Part shown: positions 1 through 9,100 of the stretch, one piece after another | Layout of the letters: every line of letters starts with the position of its first letter | Position numbering within the stretch: position 1 is the first letter of the stretch | Translations under genes and position numbers: made by a program | Virus record (IMG/VR): IMGVR_UViG_3300045988_088962 | Origin: a virus | Length of the DNA: 58,049 nt | Reading direction: 5' to 3' (one strand) | The notes under the pieces: model-generated | Databases searched by the model: none | Told to the model about the DNA's origin: nothing | Seen by the model: only the letters and a program-made list of their open reading frames with translations

Positions 1-89
1 GCCTTCTTCATCAGGCTTACGGCCTTTTCAATCACCGCGTCAAGCACTTCATCCGTGATGATAGGCTTCAGCCATGCAGGGCAGGCCGC
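1..89. repeat. Terminal direct repeat, left copy. It is identical to 57961-58049, which marks a circular-closure overlap.
   Basis: Both window ends read gccttcttcatcagg...gcagggcaggccgc. The repeat lies inside a minus-strand ORF that stays in frame across the junction. Confidence 0.95.
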
Positions 90-299
90 ACGCAGCGCGT
101 CAAAGACCTGCTTCTTTTTCTTTGCGCCCTGGCCGCTGCCCATGATGCTGTCCTCGGCCTTGCACACGAGGTCATAGGCCAGATCTTTGACCAGCTGCTT
201 ATAGCCCATGCGGATAGCGCCGACAGCCAAAGCCACAAAGCCGACGATGATGAGAACGATTGCGACGGGTGCGGGGATGAAATTAAGAATTGCTGCCAT
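1..299 (-). CDS. Holin, LL-H-like, 5' part. The ORF wraps the window junction and stops at 57924, giving 111 aa in total.
   Basis: ATG at 299. The product begins MAAILNFIPAPVAIVLIIVGFVALAVGAI (one N-terminal TM) followed by a charged tail. 299+57960-57924+1 = 336 nt, so the frame holds. It lies in the lysis cassette. Confidence 0.7.
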   Translation of the reverse strand, partial: MAAILNFIPAPVAIVLIIVGFVALAVGAIRMGYKQLVKDLAYDLVCKAEDSIMGSGQGAKKKKQVFDALRAACPAWLKPIITDEVLDAVIEKAVSLMKK

Positions 300-672
300 G
301 TTTCGTTACTCCTTCTGTCAAATAGTTGTCAATTTCGTCCTTGCTTTTCTGCATGGCCGGAACGTTATTTCCGGTGAGCTGCGCTTCCAACAAGGCACGC
401 ACGGCCTGCAGGGTCAGGCGGTTCACTTCGTCGATGTCTCCAAAGCGGCTCAAATCGCGGGAAAGTGCCGCTGTGTGCTGGGTATAGCCGGTTTCCAGTG
501 CGCCAACGCGCCGGTCAAGGTCGTCAAGCCGCTTGTTTTGCGCCTCGTCCGGCGCTCCGGCCTTTTTGATGTACTTGTGGATGATTTCCAGCACCTTGTC
601 TACCGTGATAGCGCCAGCGCACACGCTGCCAAGGATGCTAGCCACCCACAAGATTGCCTGCTCTTTGGTCAT
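283..672 (-). CDS. Membrane-anchored coiled-coil protein of the lysis cassette (possible holin partner or antiholin).
   Basis: GGGAGGG RBS before the ATG. N-terminal TM ILWVASILGSVCAGAITV followed by a helical charged region. It lies between the endolysin and the holin. Confidence 0.6.
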   Translation of the reverse strand: MTKEQAILWVASILGSVCAGAITVDKVLEIIHKYIKKAGAPDEAQNKRLDDLDRRVGALETGYTQHTAALSRDLSRFGDIDEVNRLTLQAVRALLEAQLTGNNVPAMQKSKDEIDNYLTEGVTKHGSNS

Positions 673-1376
673 GCGCCCTCCCGGAGACGGGTCAGGCCCT
701 TCTTACAGATGATCTTCGGGTAGTTGCGTGTGGTCACATTGAGATCAACGTGACCGGAAATACCAGGAACGCTACCTTTGCTGGTGTGCTGGTGAGTGTT
801 GTAGGCAAAGGTCACGGCAGGTGTCTTTCCCGTGTAGTCGGCCAGCCACACGTCGTAGGGGCTGAGGGCAGCACCGCCCATATACAGGCGCGTCTTAGCA
901 AAGCTGGTGTAGGTATAGAGCTGGGCATAAAAGCCCATGTCTTCCACCTTTTTCAGGGCGTAGGCTGTCAGGTCGGTCAACGCCTGCTTGCCAAGAACCC
1001 TGAACTTGTTGTCCTCCACGTCCACTGCCACAGGCATTTCCAGCGTCTTGCCACGCAGAGCGTCAGCCAGCAAGGAAAGTTCTGCATCGGCCATCGCCTC
1101 GCTGGTGGCGTAGGTATAGTAATACACGCCCACCGCCAGACCTGCCGCCTTTGCGTTGCGGTAGTTTGCTTCAAAGGTCGGGTCGATGTACAGGCCGTCT
1201 GCTCGCTTGGAGAGCCTGCGGTTTGTGCTGACGGTCTTGAGCATGACGCCCTGATAGCCAGCGGCCTTGACCTTCTTCCAGCCCTCCAGTGTAATGTTGC
1301 CCTGATACCGGCTTACGTCGATGTAGCGGTAGGGCGGTGCTCCCGTCCACTCGGTCACCTCAGTCACAGATGCCAT
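669..1376 (-). CDS. Endolysin, GH25 muramidase-like. The ORF is also open upstream to an ATG at 1499.
   Basis: It carries the IDVSRYQGNI motif typical of GH25 lysozymes. The ATG at 1376 is preceded by AGGAGGacaca. The alternative start at 1499 would add a 41-aa hydrophobic extension. Confidence 0.8.
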   Translation of the reverse strand: MASVTEVTEWTGAPPYRYIDVSRYQGNITLEGWKKVKAAGYQGVMLKTVSTNRRLSKRADGLYIDPTFEANYRNAKAAGLAVGVYYYTYATSEAMADAELSLLADALRGKTLEMPVAVDVEDNKFRVLGKQALTDLTAYALKKVEDMGFYAQLYTYTSFAKTRLYMGGAALSPYDVWLADYTGKTPAVTFAYNTHQHTSKGSVPGISGHVDLNVTTRNYPKIICKKGLTRLREGA

Positions 1377-1498
1377 TGTGTCCTCCTGTTCTACCTGTTC
1401 TTCCGCCAAAGCGGCAAAGAAACGGCTCAAAAAGTTAAAAAGTGCGGTCAAAAATGTGTTGTTTATTGCGATCACCCCCCAATGTCCAAGAGTAGGCA

Positions 1499-1657
1499 TT
1501 AAGCGCCATGGACGGCCTCCTGCTGGGCCAGCAGCTGGGTCAGCTCCTTGTACTCGGCCTCGGTGATGCGGCCAATGGCGTAGAAAACGTCCAGCTTGTC
1601 CGCAAGACCAGCGGTCTGTCCGCGCTCGATCAGGCGTTTACAGATACGATACAACAT
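1499..1657 (-). CDS. XkdX-like small protein (52 aa).
   Basis: Sequence MLYRICKRLIERGQTAGLADKLDVFYAIGRITEAEYKELTQLL. AAGGAGG RBS. It has the typical position right after a fibre gene, and its stop overlaps the 1499 ATG (TAATG). It is below the 60-aa cutoff of the ORF track. Confidence 0.6.
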   Translation of the reverse strand: MLYRICKRLIERGQTAGLADKLDVFYAIGRITEAEYKELTQLLAQQEAVHGA

Positions 1658-1669
1658 AGGTTTACCTCC

Positions 1670-2815
1670 TTATGTGGTGGTGTCGTCGGTCATCCCAAGT
1701 TCCAGCATGGCGACGCGGTATTCATGATCTACCGCCATAGCGTCCGTGTCCGCCTGCGCGGACTGCGTCTCGGTCAGCAGCTCTGCCAAGGTGGGGTAGT
1801 GGTAGCCGGTGAATACAACCGATACAGTATTCAGCGTATTGGTAAGGGTACATTCAAGACGTTTTTTGTCGGCCGAAAATAATACTGTGACCTTGAGACT
1901 TCCCGCGCCAAAACTGCCAGTTTCATATGTCATACCAGGGGTAAGATTAAAATCAGTTTCGTTTATGCGGAGGTTAACGTAATCTACACCGTCCTGAACG
2001 TTAATTGTCTCAGTTTTTCTCCTCTCAATCGTTGTTTTTCCGCTCCACACCAGCCGCGCCTCCGACTTTACCGCCACACTGGCCGCGATGGTGTCATACA
2101 GCGTCTTGCCGCTCAGGGTGCCGTCCGGGGCAATGTCCAGATAGTCGCCCACCTTGACGCCGCCCAGCTGGCCCGCCGTAGCGGGCGGCAGGGTGTACGG
2201 CGTGCCGAACTTGGCATCGGCCTGGGCTTTGGTGTAGTAGTCGGAAAGATCGACTTTTTGAATGCTGTCTTTCCACGATTTTGTATCGTTGTCCCACGTC
2301 CAGATGGTGTCGGTCGTTCCGACGACAGCCCACCAGCCGTTTTCGCCTACCGGGACCGCAGCCTTTAACGCCTCTGGTGTGGCATACCATCCCTGTGCTC
2401 CGATGGTGATGGTGCGGACCTGTTCAAAGTATTCTTTTGTGCCCTGCAAATAAGTAGCAGACTGAGATTCCGAACGCTTTGAATTGGTTTCGCTTGTCTT
2501 GGCAGCAGCAGCAGACAAAGCTGCATTTTCGGAGTCTGCTTTTACAATTGCAGAAACGTCTTTTGCGGCATTTTTTGCAGCCTGTTCTGCTTTTGCACGT
2601 TCTTCCGCAGCGGAATTTGCCGCCGAAACGGCTTCCTCTTTTGCGTTGATGGCACCTGCAACTGTACTCAGCTCATTTAAAGTGGATGCGTTGATTGGTG
2701 TGCCGTCCTTTATGGGTTCGTCGTTTCGGACGAGCGTTACAATTTCAGACAACCCATCCTCACGGACTAACGTCCACCTGCCAGGATATTTTGATATGCG
2801 GTCTTCAAAAACCAT
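1670..2815 (-). CDS. Tail fibre / receptor-binding protein.
   Basis: The N-terminus FEDRISKYPGRWTLV...DEPIKDGTPINASTLNEL resembles prophage fibre N-domains. It also has an Ala-rich coiled region, a GGAGG RBS and a distal tail-module position. Confidence 0.65.
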   Translation of the reverse strand: MVFEDRISKYPGRWTLVREDGLSEIVTLVRNDEPIKDGTPINASTLNELSTVAGAINAKEEAVSAANSAAEERAKAEQAAKNAAKDVSAIVKADSENAALSAAAAKTSETNSKRSESQSATYLQGTKEYFEQVRTITIGAQGWYATPEALKAAVPVGENGWWAVVGTTDTIWTWDNDTKSWKDSIQKVDLSDYYTKAQADAKFGTPYTLPPATAGQLGGVKVGDYLDIAPDGTLSGKTLYDTIAASVAVKSEARLVWSGKTTIERRKTETINVQDGVDYVNLRINETDFNLTPGMTYETGSFGAGSLKVTVLFSADKKRLECTLTNTLNTVSVVFTGYHYPTLAELLTETQSAQADTDAMAVDHEYRVAMLELGMTDDTTT

Positions 2816-3263
2816 ATTGGTCCTCCCCAGCCATGTATTCGCCAGAAAAAGTAACGTAAGTTTTGGCGATTGATTCTATGTCTGACAAAATGCTTTCAAG
2901 TTGGTTCATTGTCTCGAATCCGAGCCTATCCATAGACGTAGGCGTCGGCGCAGTTTTGGCGTCTCCTGAGTTTTTAGAACGAATAGATTCGATATTCGAC
3001 AGCCACCTAGTGGCATCTGACGTGGTAAGATACCCGTTTATGTCCCAGTCCGTCTTGACATCTACGTCCGCACCGAGAAGTGAAGCAAGCTCGGATATGC
3101 CGGTTTCTATTCTCGAAAAATCTCTGTAGTCAAGAGCCCCTTTCATACCGGAAAGCCACTCCGCTTTTTCCTCATCCGTCCAGGTCCCGTTCACGGCTTT
3201 ACCATAAATGAACTTTAGGCGGTCAACATCGTCTTGGGTTCTGTCTGTAATCCAAATCGCCAT
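2805..3263 (-). CDS. Tail-fibre-associated protein (hypothetical).
   Basis: AAGGAGGG RBS. It overlaps the downstream fibre gene start by 11 nt and lies in the tail module. Confidence 0.55.
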   Translation of the reverse strand: MAIWITDRTQDDVDRLKFIYGKAVNGTWTDEEKAEWLSGMKGALDYRDFSRIETGISELASLLGADVDVKTDWDINGYLTTSDATRWLSNIESIRSKNSGDAKTAPTPTSMDRLGFETMNQLESILSDIESIAKTYVTFSGEYMAGEDQYGF

Positions 3264-3272
3264 AGTCCCTCC

Positions 3273-5798
3273 TTAAAGCAAAATCTTTTTGTCGTTACCG
3301 ACTTTAGTCGTAGACGGAAGCGTAAAAGCGGGGCTGAACTTGTTGGAACTCCACGCGTTATACGATTCTGAATAGAAAAACGTCTTGCCTCCATTATTTG
3401 TTCCGAGACTGTATGTTCCAACAAGCTGGCCTTGAATGGGATTCCCGGAATAATCTCGCCATGCAGGGGAGCGTGACCATCTGCGGATAAGACGATTGAC
3501 GGAATCATCATAAGACTGAACAAAAACATTTCGGGTTTGCTTTGGTAGTACAGAACCTTCTTTTTTGAAAAATGGGTTACTGCCATTTACATAAACATCT
3601 GCGTTTTTGTCGTCCGGGTCAAACATCTCATAAATAGACGGGAGAAAAACACTGCGAGAAAGCGTTCTGATTTCCGTAGTGCTACCGCCTACCGTGTAAT
3701 AGAAAGAGGTAAGCCCCATTGCGGACTTGACGGTGTCGCTAAATCTGTTTGCGTAATCTCCCTTCAACAGCCTGTCGATGGAGCTTCCGTCGTATGTATT
3801 GACGTGCGTCTGGTTCCACACTGTTTCAGCAAGAGGTTCTTTCCTGATAAGAAGTGTTCTCCCCGGACCATTTAAGCCAGGCTCATACCCATGTTTTGCG
3901 ACAACAAACTCTACATCCGCACCACTTTCTTGAATGTAAACAGACGATCCTTCCGGCATATCCGACAAAGACGGAGCCTGACTGATAACGGTACACTTTG
4001 CAGATACGGAAGACACGAAGGCTGTGACTACGGCATCTCCACTGGAAACAAAAGAAATGTCGCAAACAGAAACGCCGCCTTTGTTGGAAACGACGGAAAT
4101 GGAAACAACGTCGGGAGGAGATGCTTCCCATCCGATTGCTGGGGAATCCTCTGAGGAAGGGACAAGCGTTGCGGTTAAACGAACGGTCTCTCCAGGAGCC
4201 ACAAAAACGGAGTCCTTATCAAGTCTAAGGGCACTCGCACTTTCCACCATATATCCTTCCATCGTACCTTTAAAACATCCGTTAAAGGTATACTTGGCAT
4301 CCGTAACGAGAACGTTCGATGCATATCCAAACTGATGGTTTGCTCTAACAAAAGACAACGCATCAATATGGGGGCTTGCACGAAATTCCAGGTTTACCTT
4401 TCTTCTGTTAGAAAGAAGTGCGTATGTTTCGGTCAACGCATTTTTTGCGCTAGAAGATATAGATTTCGATATAAGCGGATTATTGATGCTTTGGGTCGCT
4501 CCGTTCCCACTAGCTCCGGCTGGATAAAACACGGATTCGCCGCCAACCTTGCACGATACGTTTTTTATTTTTGTCGAAAACGTTATTTCTGGGTATTTAA
4601 AGCTATTCAAGAGCGATATTTCCTCAATATCAGACCTCGTGACTGGAACAAGAGGAACACGTTCAATGTGAATGACCCCATCTCTGGATTGGTAAAGAGC
4701 CATCCCAGCTGCGTTTGCAGCAAGCTGAAGAACGTCTGCGTTTTTATAAGAAGAAGCATCGGAGGAAATGTCGCAAGAATAGTTCTTTAATTCTTCCGAA
4801 ATTTCGTAAGAGATTCCGGGAACATCCAGAAGCTCTAATGCATCAAAACACATCTGATAAAGCGTTCCACTCGTGTGCCCAGTATAAATGGAATCTTGGA
4901 GGAAAGATAGGGCGTCCCTGGCATCAAACGATGCCGTTATGCCATTCGCCGGAATTGTCCATCCAGAAAGAAAGAACTTCCCTCCGTCAATCCATTCGAC
5001 CGCATCTCCAATGTCCATGCCGTATTGAACTGAAATCTCCTGACGTTCATAAAGATACCGATAAAGTCCACCTGGATTTACCGGGTTCCAGCGTTGTTCG
5101 GAGTTATCAACAGAAAACGAAACGGAATCTTTGGAAAGCTGCCCAGAAATCGGGTCGCGTTTTGATTCATGCGTATAAGAAAGCAAATCCGCTTTGCTAA
5201 ATTGGACACGCAGACCAAATTCAACTTGCTCCGCTCTTGCTCTGCGGCCCTGGATGCACCACTCTAAAATTTCCAAAGTGATTGAATCATATCCGGAAAT
5301 CTCAAAATCTACAGAGGATTCAACAGACTGGTTGCCGTCAACTTGTTTTGTTGCAACAAGCTCGCTGCCGTTATAAACCGTCAATTTAAAAGATTTTGCA
5401 TATTCATTTAAAGCGGACGACCACACGATTGTAATTCCGGGGATTCTTTCAGTGTGTGTTTTGCTGAAAGAGAAAGTGATAATCGGATGGTTTGTGTCAG
5501 AAACACAATCCATACTTAAATACCCAGCGTTCTCGTATGGCTCTGAACCTGGGACCAAAAGTTTGCTCCCGTCAAGGACCCACAAATTAGGTTCTCCGGT
5601 GGCATAATTGGCCAAAGAAGCAGAATCCAGGTCTGTGACAGACAACGTGTTGCTGAATAAAGCCTGGTTGGAAGAGCTGGCAATGGCGTCTGCTTGGGCC
5701 TTATCGTCAGAGACGTGGTAAGTGATGCGAACAAACATCTCCGGAACAAGTGTCTTGTCGTATTGTTCAAGCCACTTGTCGGAAGGCAGAAAGCCCAT
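3273..5798 (-). CDS. Tail-tip / minor structural protein (Tal-like) with an Ig-like (Big_2-like) segment.
   Basis: 841 aa, the second gene after the tape measure. It has the stretch APGETVRLTATLVPS...VVTAF and a C-terminal RWSRSPAW...SPAFTLP motif. Confidence 0.7.
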   Translation of the reverse strand: MGFLPSDKWLEQYDKTLVPEMFVRITYHVSDDKAQADAIASSSNQALFSNTLSVTDLDSASLANYATGEPNLWVLDGSKLLVPGSEPYENAGYLSMDCVSDTNHPIITFSFSKTHTERIPGITIVWSSALNEYAKSFKLTVYNGSELVATKQVDGNQSVESSVDFEISGYDSITLEILEWCIQGRRARAEQVEFGLRVQFSKADLLSYTHESKRDPISGQLSKDSVSFSVDNSEQRWNPVNPGGLYRYLYERQEISVQYGMDIGDAVEWIDGGKFFLSGWTIPANGITASFDARDALSFLQDSIYTGHTSGTLYQMCFDALELLDVPGISYEISEELKNYSCDISSDASSYKNADVLQLAANAAGMALYQSRDGVIHIERVPLVPVTRSDIEEISLLNSFKYPEITFSTKIKNVSCKVGGESVFYPAGASGNGATQSINNPLISKSISSSAKNALTETYALLSNRRKVNLEFRASPHIDALSFVRANHQFGYASNVLVTDAKYTFNGCFKGTMEGYMVESASALRLDKDSVFVAPGETVRLTATLVPSSEDSPAIGWEASPPDVVSISVVSNKGGVSVCDISFVSSGDAVVTAFVSSVSAKCTVISQAPSLSDMPEGSSVYIQESGADVEFVVAKHGYEPGLNGPGRTLLIRKEPLAETVWNQTHVNTYDGSSIDRLLKGDYANRFSDTVKSAMGLTSFYYTVGGSTTEIRTLSRSVFLPSIYEMFDPDDKNADVYVNGSNPFFKKEGSVLPKQTRNVFVQSYDDSVNRLIRRWSRSPAWRDYSGNPIQGQLVGTYSLGTNNGGKTFFYSESYNAWSSNKFSPAFTLPSTTKVGNDKKILL

Positions 5799-5813
5799 AA
5801 ATAATCACCTCTC

Positions 5814-6182
5814 TTAAACTTCAACCAGGCTAAGGGATGCCCCGACCCATCCCATAACGTTTCCGTTGGACGGGGAACGCCTCCACATTCCGGCGGTTCT
5901 ATCGGAAACATACATTTGCCTTGTCGTGTAGCTTGCAGTTGCTTGGTTATAAAACCGAACAGTGCAGTAAAAGTTTGTGGTGAACGGCCCGATGACATCC
6001 GCCCACTGTCTTGCGGTAAGATAATTCCATTTTAGGGAAATCTTCGCAACATCGTGCCGCACCACAGACCCAACGACTTTGCCTTGTACGTTTCGTCCAG
6101 AATCGACTATAGTGCTTGTTGTAGCGTCGTAGGAGGAAGGCTCAGGCAGCTCTCTGCCATTTACTGTGACGAGAGATTGCAT
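5814..6182 (-). CDS. Distal tail protein-like small tail component.
   Basis: 122 aa, immediately downstream of the tape measure, with an AAGGAGG RBS. Confidence 0.5.
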   Translation of the reverse strand: MQSLVTVNGRELPEPSSYDATTSTIVDSGRNVQGKVVGSVVRHDVAKISLKWNYLTARQWADVIGPFTTNFYCTVRFYNQATASYTTRQMYVSDRTAGMWRRSPSNGNVMGWVGASLSLVEV

Positions 6183-6197
6183 AAAACGTAAACCTCC

Positions 6198-9100
6198 TTA
6201 GTAGCTGTAAACTTCGTCTCCCATAATCTGAAACCCACGCTCAGACTGCCGTTTCTCAACGGACGCAGTGATCTGCTTCCCGTCGAGGTAAATCTTGAGT
6301 TCTTTTCCTCCGGTGATTTCATCTCCATACCGCTGGAAGATGTCAAGGAATGCGTTATAGCACCCATCATGGACGGCACTGCGGAGCTCTGCGGGGCTCG
6401 CTCCGCTATTGGAAGAACTTGGATAATAGCTCCCAACAGATGTTGTAGAGCCGTTAGCAGAATCGTAATCACTCGTGCCAGGATAGCTCGAATAGTTATT
6501 GTCCACAGACGGGCTGGAGCTTGTTCCGTACTTTCCAACAAGCGTTCCGACAATTCCTGCGATGGCTGCTGCAATTGCAACGCCGCCAGCGATCATGATG
6601 ACACCAGTTGGGATGCCAAGAGATGTCAAGACGCTGCCGATCGTCTGCAAGATGCCCATAAATGCAGCTCCAATTTGACCGATAAGCCCAGCAATGCCAG
6701 CGATGATAGACGGGAACTGACTTAAAACGCCAGAAGAAAGGCCAATACTGATCGCCTTGCCAGATGCCGAGATTGGTCCGATCAGAGAAGAGAACGAGGA
6801 CGCAATTTTACTTCCGAGACTGACGACCTGCGTGGAGATTTCGCCAAACTTGGATGTGATTCCATCCAAAATGTTCTTTCCGACGAGTTTTGCAGAAGAA
6901 AATACTTTGGAACCAACGGTCTTAAGAGCACTGGTAAGATTGGAAACCAAGTCGGAAGCATAAGACTTGACCTGTTTTCTGTTTTCCTCTCCCATCGCCT
7001 TCCAAATGATAGCTGCGGTGTTTTCAGCGACGGTTTGGATATCGCCTTTCTTGACCGCATCGATCATGCCCTTAATCGTGCCAATGAAGTCGCTCTTGAG
7101 ACCGTTGTCGATTTCATTCCACTTTGCGTCAAACGTATTGACCATGTTATCAACAAAGCCATTTGCAACGTCTGCGCCATAGTCAATCATCTCGTTGCCC
7201 TTCTGTTGAACAACGTTTGCCAGATTGGTCATAGCTTGTTCAACATAGGGAGACGCAGCATTGATGCCGTTTGCAAGACCTTGAACGATGTAACCGCCAA
7301 TCTCCGCAAATACAGTAGAAGGGGAGTGAATGCCGAGAGCGTCCTTGAAACCGTTGACAAAACCATCAGTGAAACTCTTGATGCCATTTGTAACGGTACT
7401 CCATGCGTCTTTTAGGCCGTTGATTAGACCGTCCCAAATGAATTTGCCGAGTTTTCTCAATTCGCCAGGAAGTTTTTTGAACTCACTGACAATAGACGAA
7501 ATGATTTTGGGAATTTCAACAACAACAAAAGCCACCATTCTCTTTCGCCATTCGGAAATAGTATCAAGAGTCTTTAAGATTGCAGTCCAAATATTTCCCG
7601 GCAGTTCTTCAAAAAACTTAACAACAGACGAAACGATTTTGGGAACTTCGGTTGTTACAGTAACGACCATGTTTCCAACCCACTCCCCGATTTTGCCGAC
7701 GGCAAAGCCAAGGGCATGGCCGATTTTTTCAGGAAGAGAGCTGAACCACTCGCCAATGCTATTTATGATATCTCCAACCTTTCCGGGAAGAGAAGTCATA
7801 AAATCAATGGCCGCATTCCACTTGGTAACGATAATTTGCTTGATGGCTTCAATGCGCTGCTCAAAAACATTTTCGACATGATGCATTTTAATGTCGGCTT
7901 CTGCGGCAGCATCTGTTTTTTCGCCGCTCTCTTTAGTGCCCCATTTGATACCAGCCCAGTGAAGAACAAGGCCAATACCGACACCAGCAGCGGCAACGGC
8001 TCCAGCAACAGGAAGGCTTGCACCAACAAGCAATGCAACGCCAGCACCAGCAACGCCACCAAAAATTCCCATCAAAGCAGCAATGATGGTATTAAGAACC
8101 GGAAATTCTTTCAGCTTTTCGCCAAGAGAGAATGTGATTCCAGCAAAGGTAATAAGACCTGCAAGACCGATAGAAAGCGTTGCGGCTGTACCAGTGGCTA
8201 CGCCAAGATTAGTGAGCAACGTGATGCCCGCAATGGAACCAAAAGCAGTAGTTAAAGCGGATTGAATCCATGTGCTTGCATCGCCAAGATTTGCTTCGCC
8301 AGTGCCAAGCGCATAAGTAAGACCTGCAAGGCTTGCCACAAAAGCGATGCCCATGCCAAGCGTAATGCCATCTGCGCCCATTGTGCGCCAAAGAACAAAA
8401 GAACCAAACGCAGCAGACACCACTTCGCCTAAAAGCTCAAGAGGATTTCCACTAGATGCGTAGCCTTTTGCAAAACTGAATACTAACGATGCTTCGACAA
8501 CAACCGTTGCAATTGAAAGAGCCAACTTTTGCAATTCTGTCATCTTGGAAATTGCTGTCGCAATGTCCGTCAGAAAATCAACAATTTTCCACAACGCAAG
8601 TGCGGCGGTGATAGCACCAATAATCGGTAGCATATCCTTGATTTTCTGCTTGATAGCATCAATCTGCTTTGCGAACTCTTCATTGTATTGCTTGAACATA
8701 TCGTAGCCGGACAGGTCTACGTCGCCCAAGATATTGCCAGCAGATGCACCGTTACCAGAGCCAGAGCTTCCCTGCGTTGGGTCAATGATGTTCAGTTCAT
8801 CAAAACCCACCGTGTAGTCCTTGAGGGCTTTGGCGGCTTTCTTGGTGGAGTCTGCCGTGTCATCCATTGCGTCACCGATACCGCCAACGCTGTCAGCGCT
8901 TTTAGTGAAATCAGTGAACACGACCTTCACGCCCATTAGCTTTGCCACCCACTCAACAAACTCTCGAATGAGCTGAACAGCGGCAATCAGCGGGGGAAGA
9001 ATGGATTTCAGGGCAGGGTAGAGCAGAGAGCCAACAGACTTTGCCAGCATATCCAGCTGGGCTTTCAGAATCTTAATCTGGTTCGCAGGGCTTTGGATGG

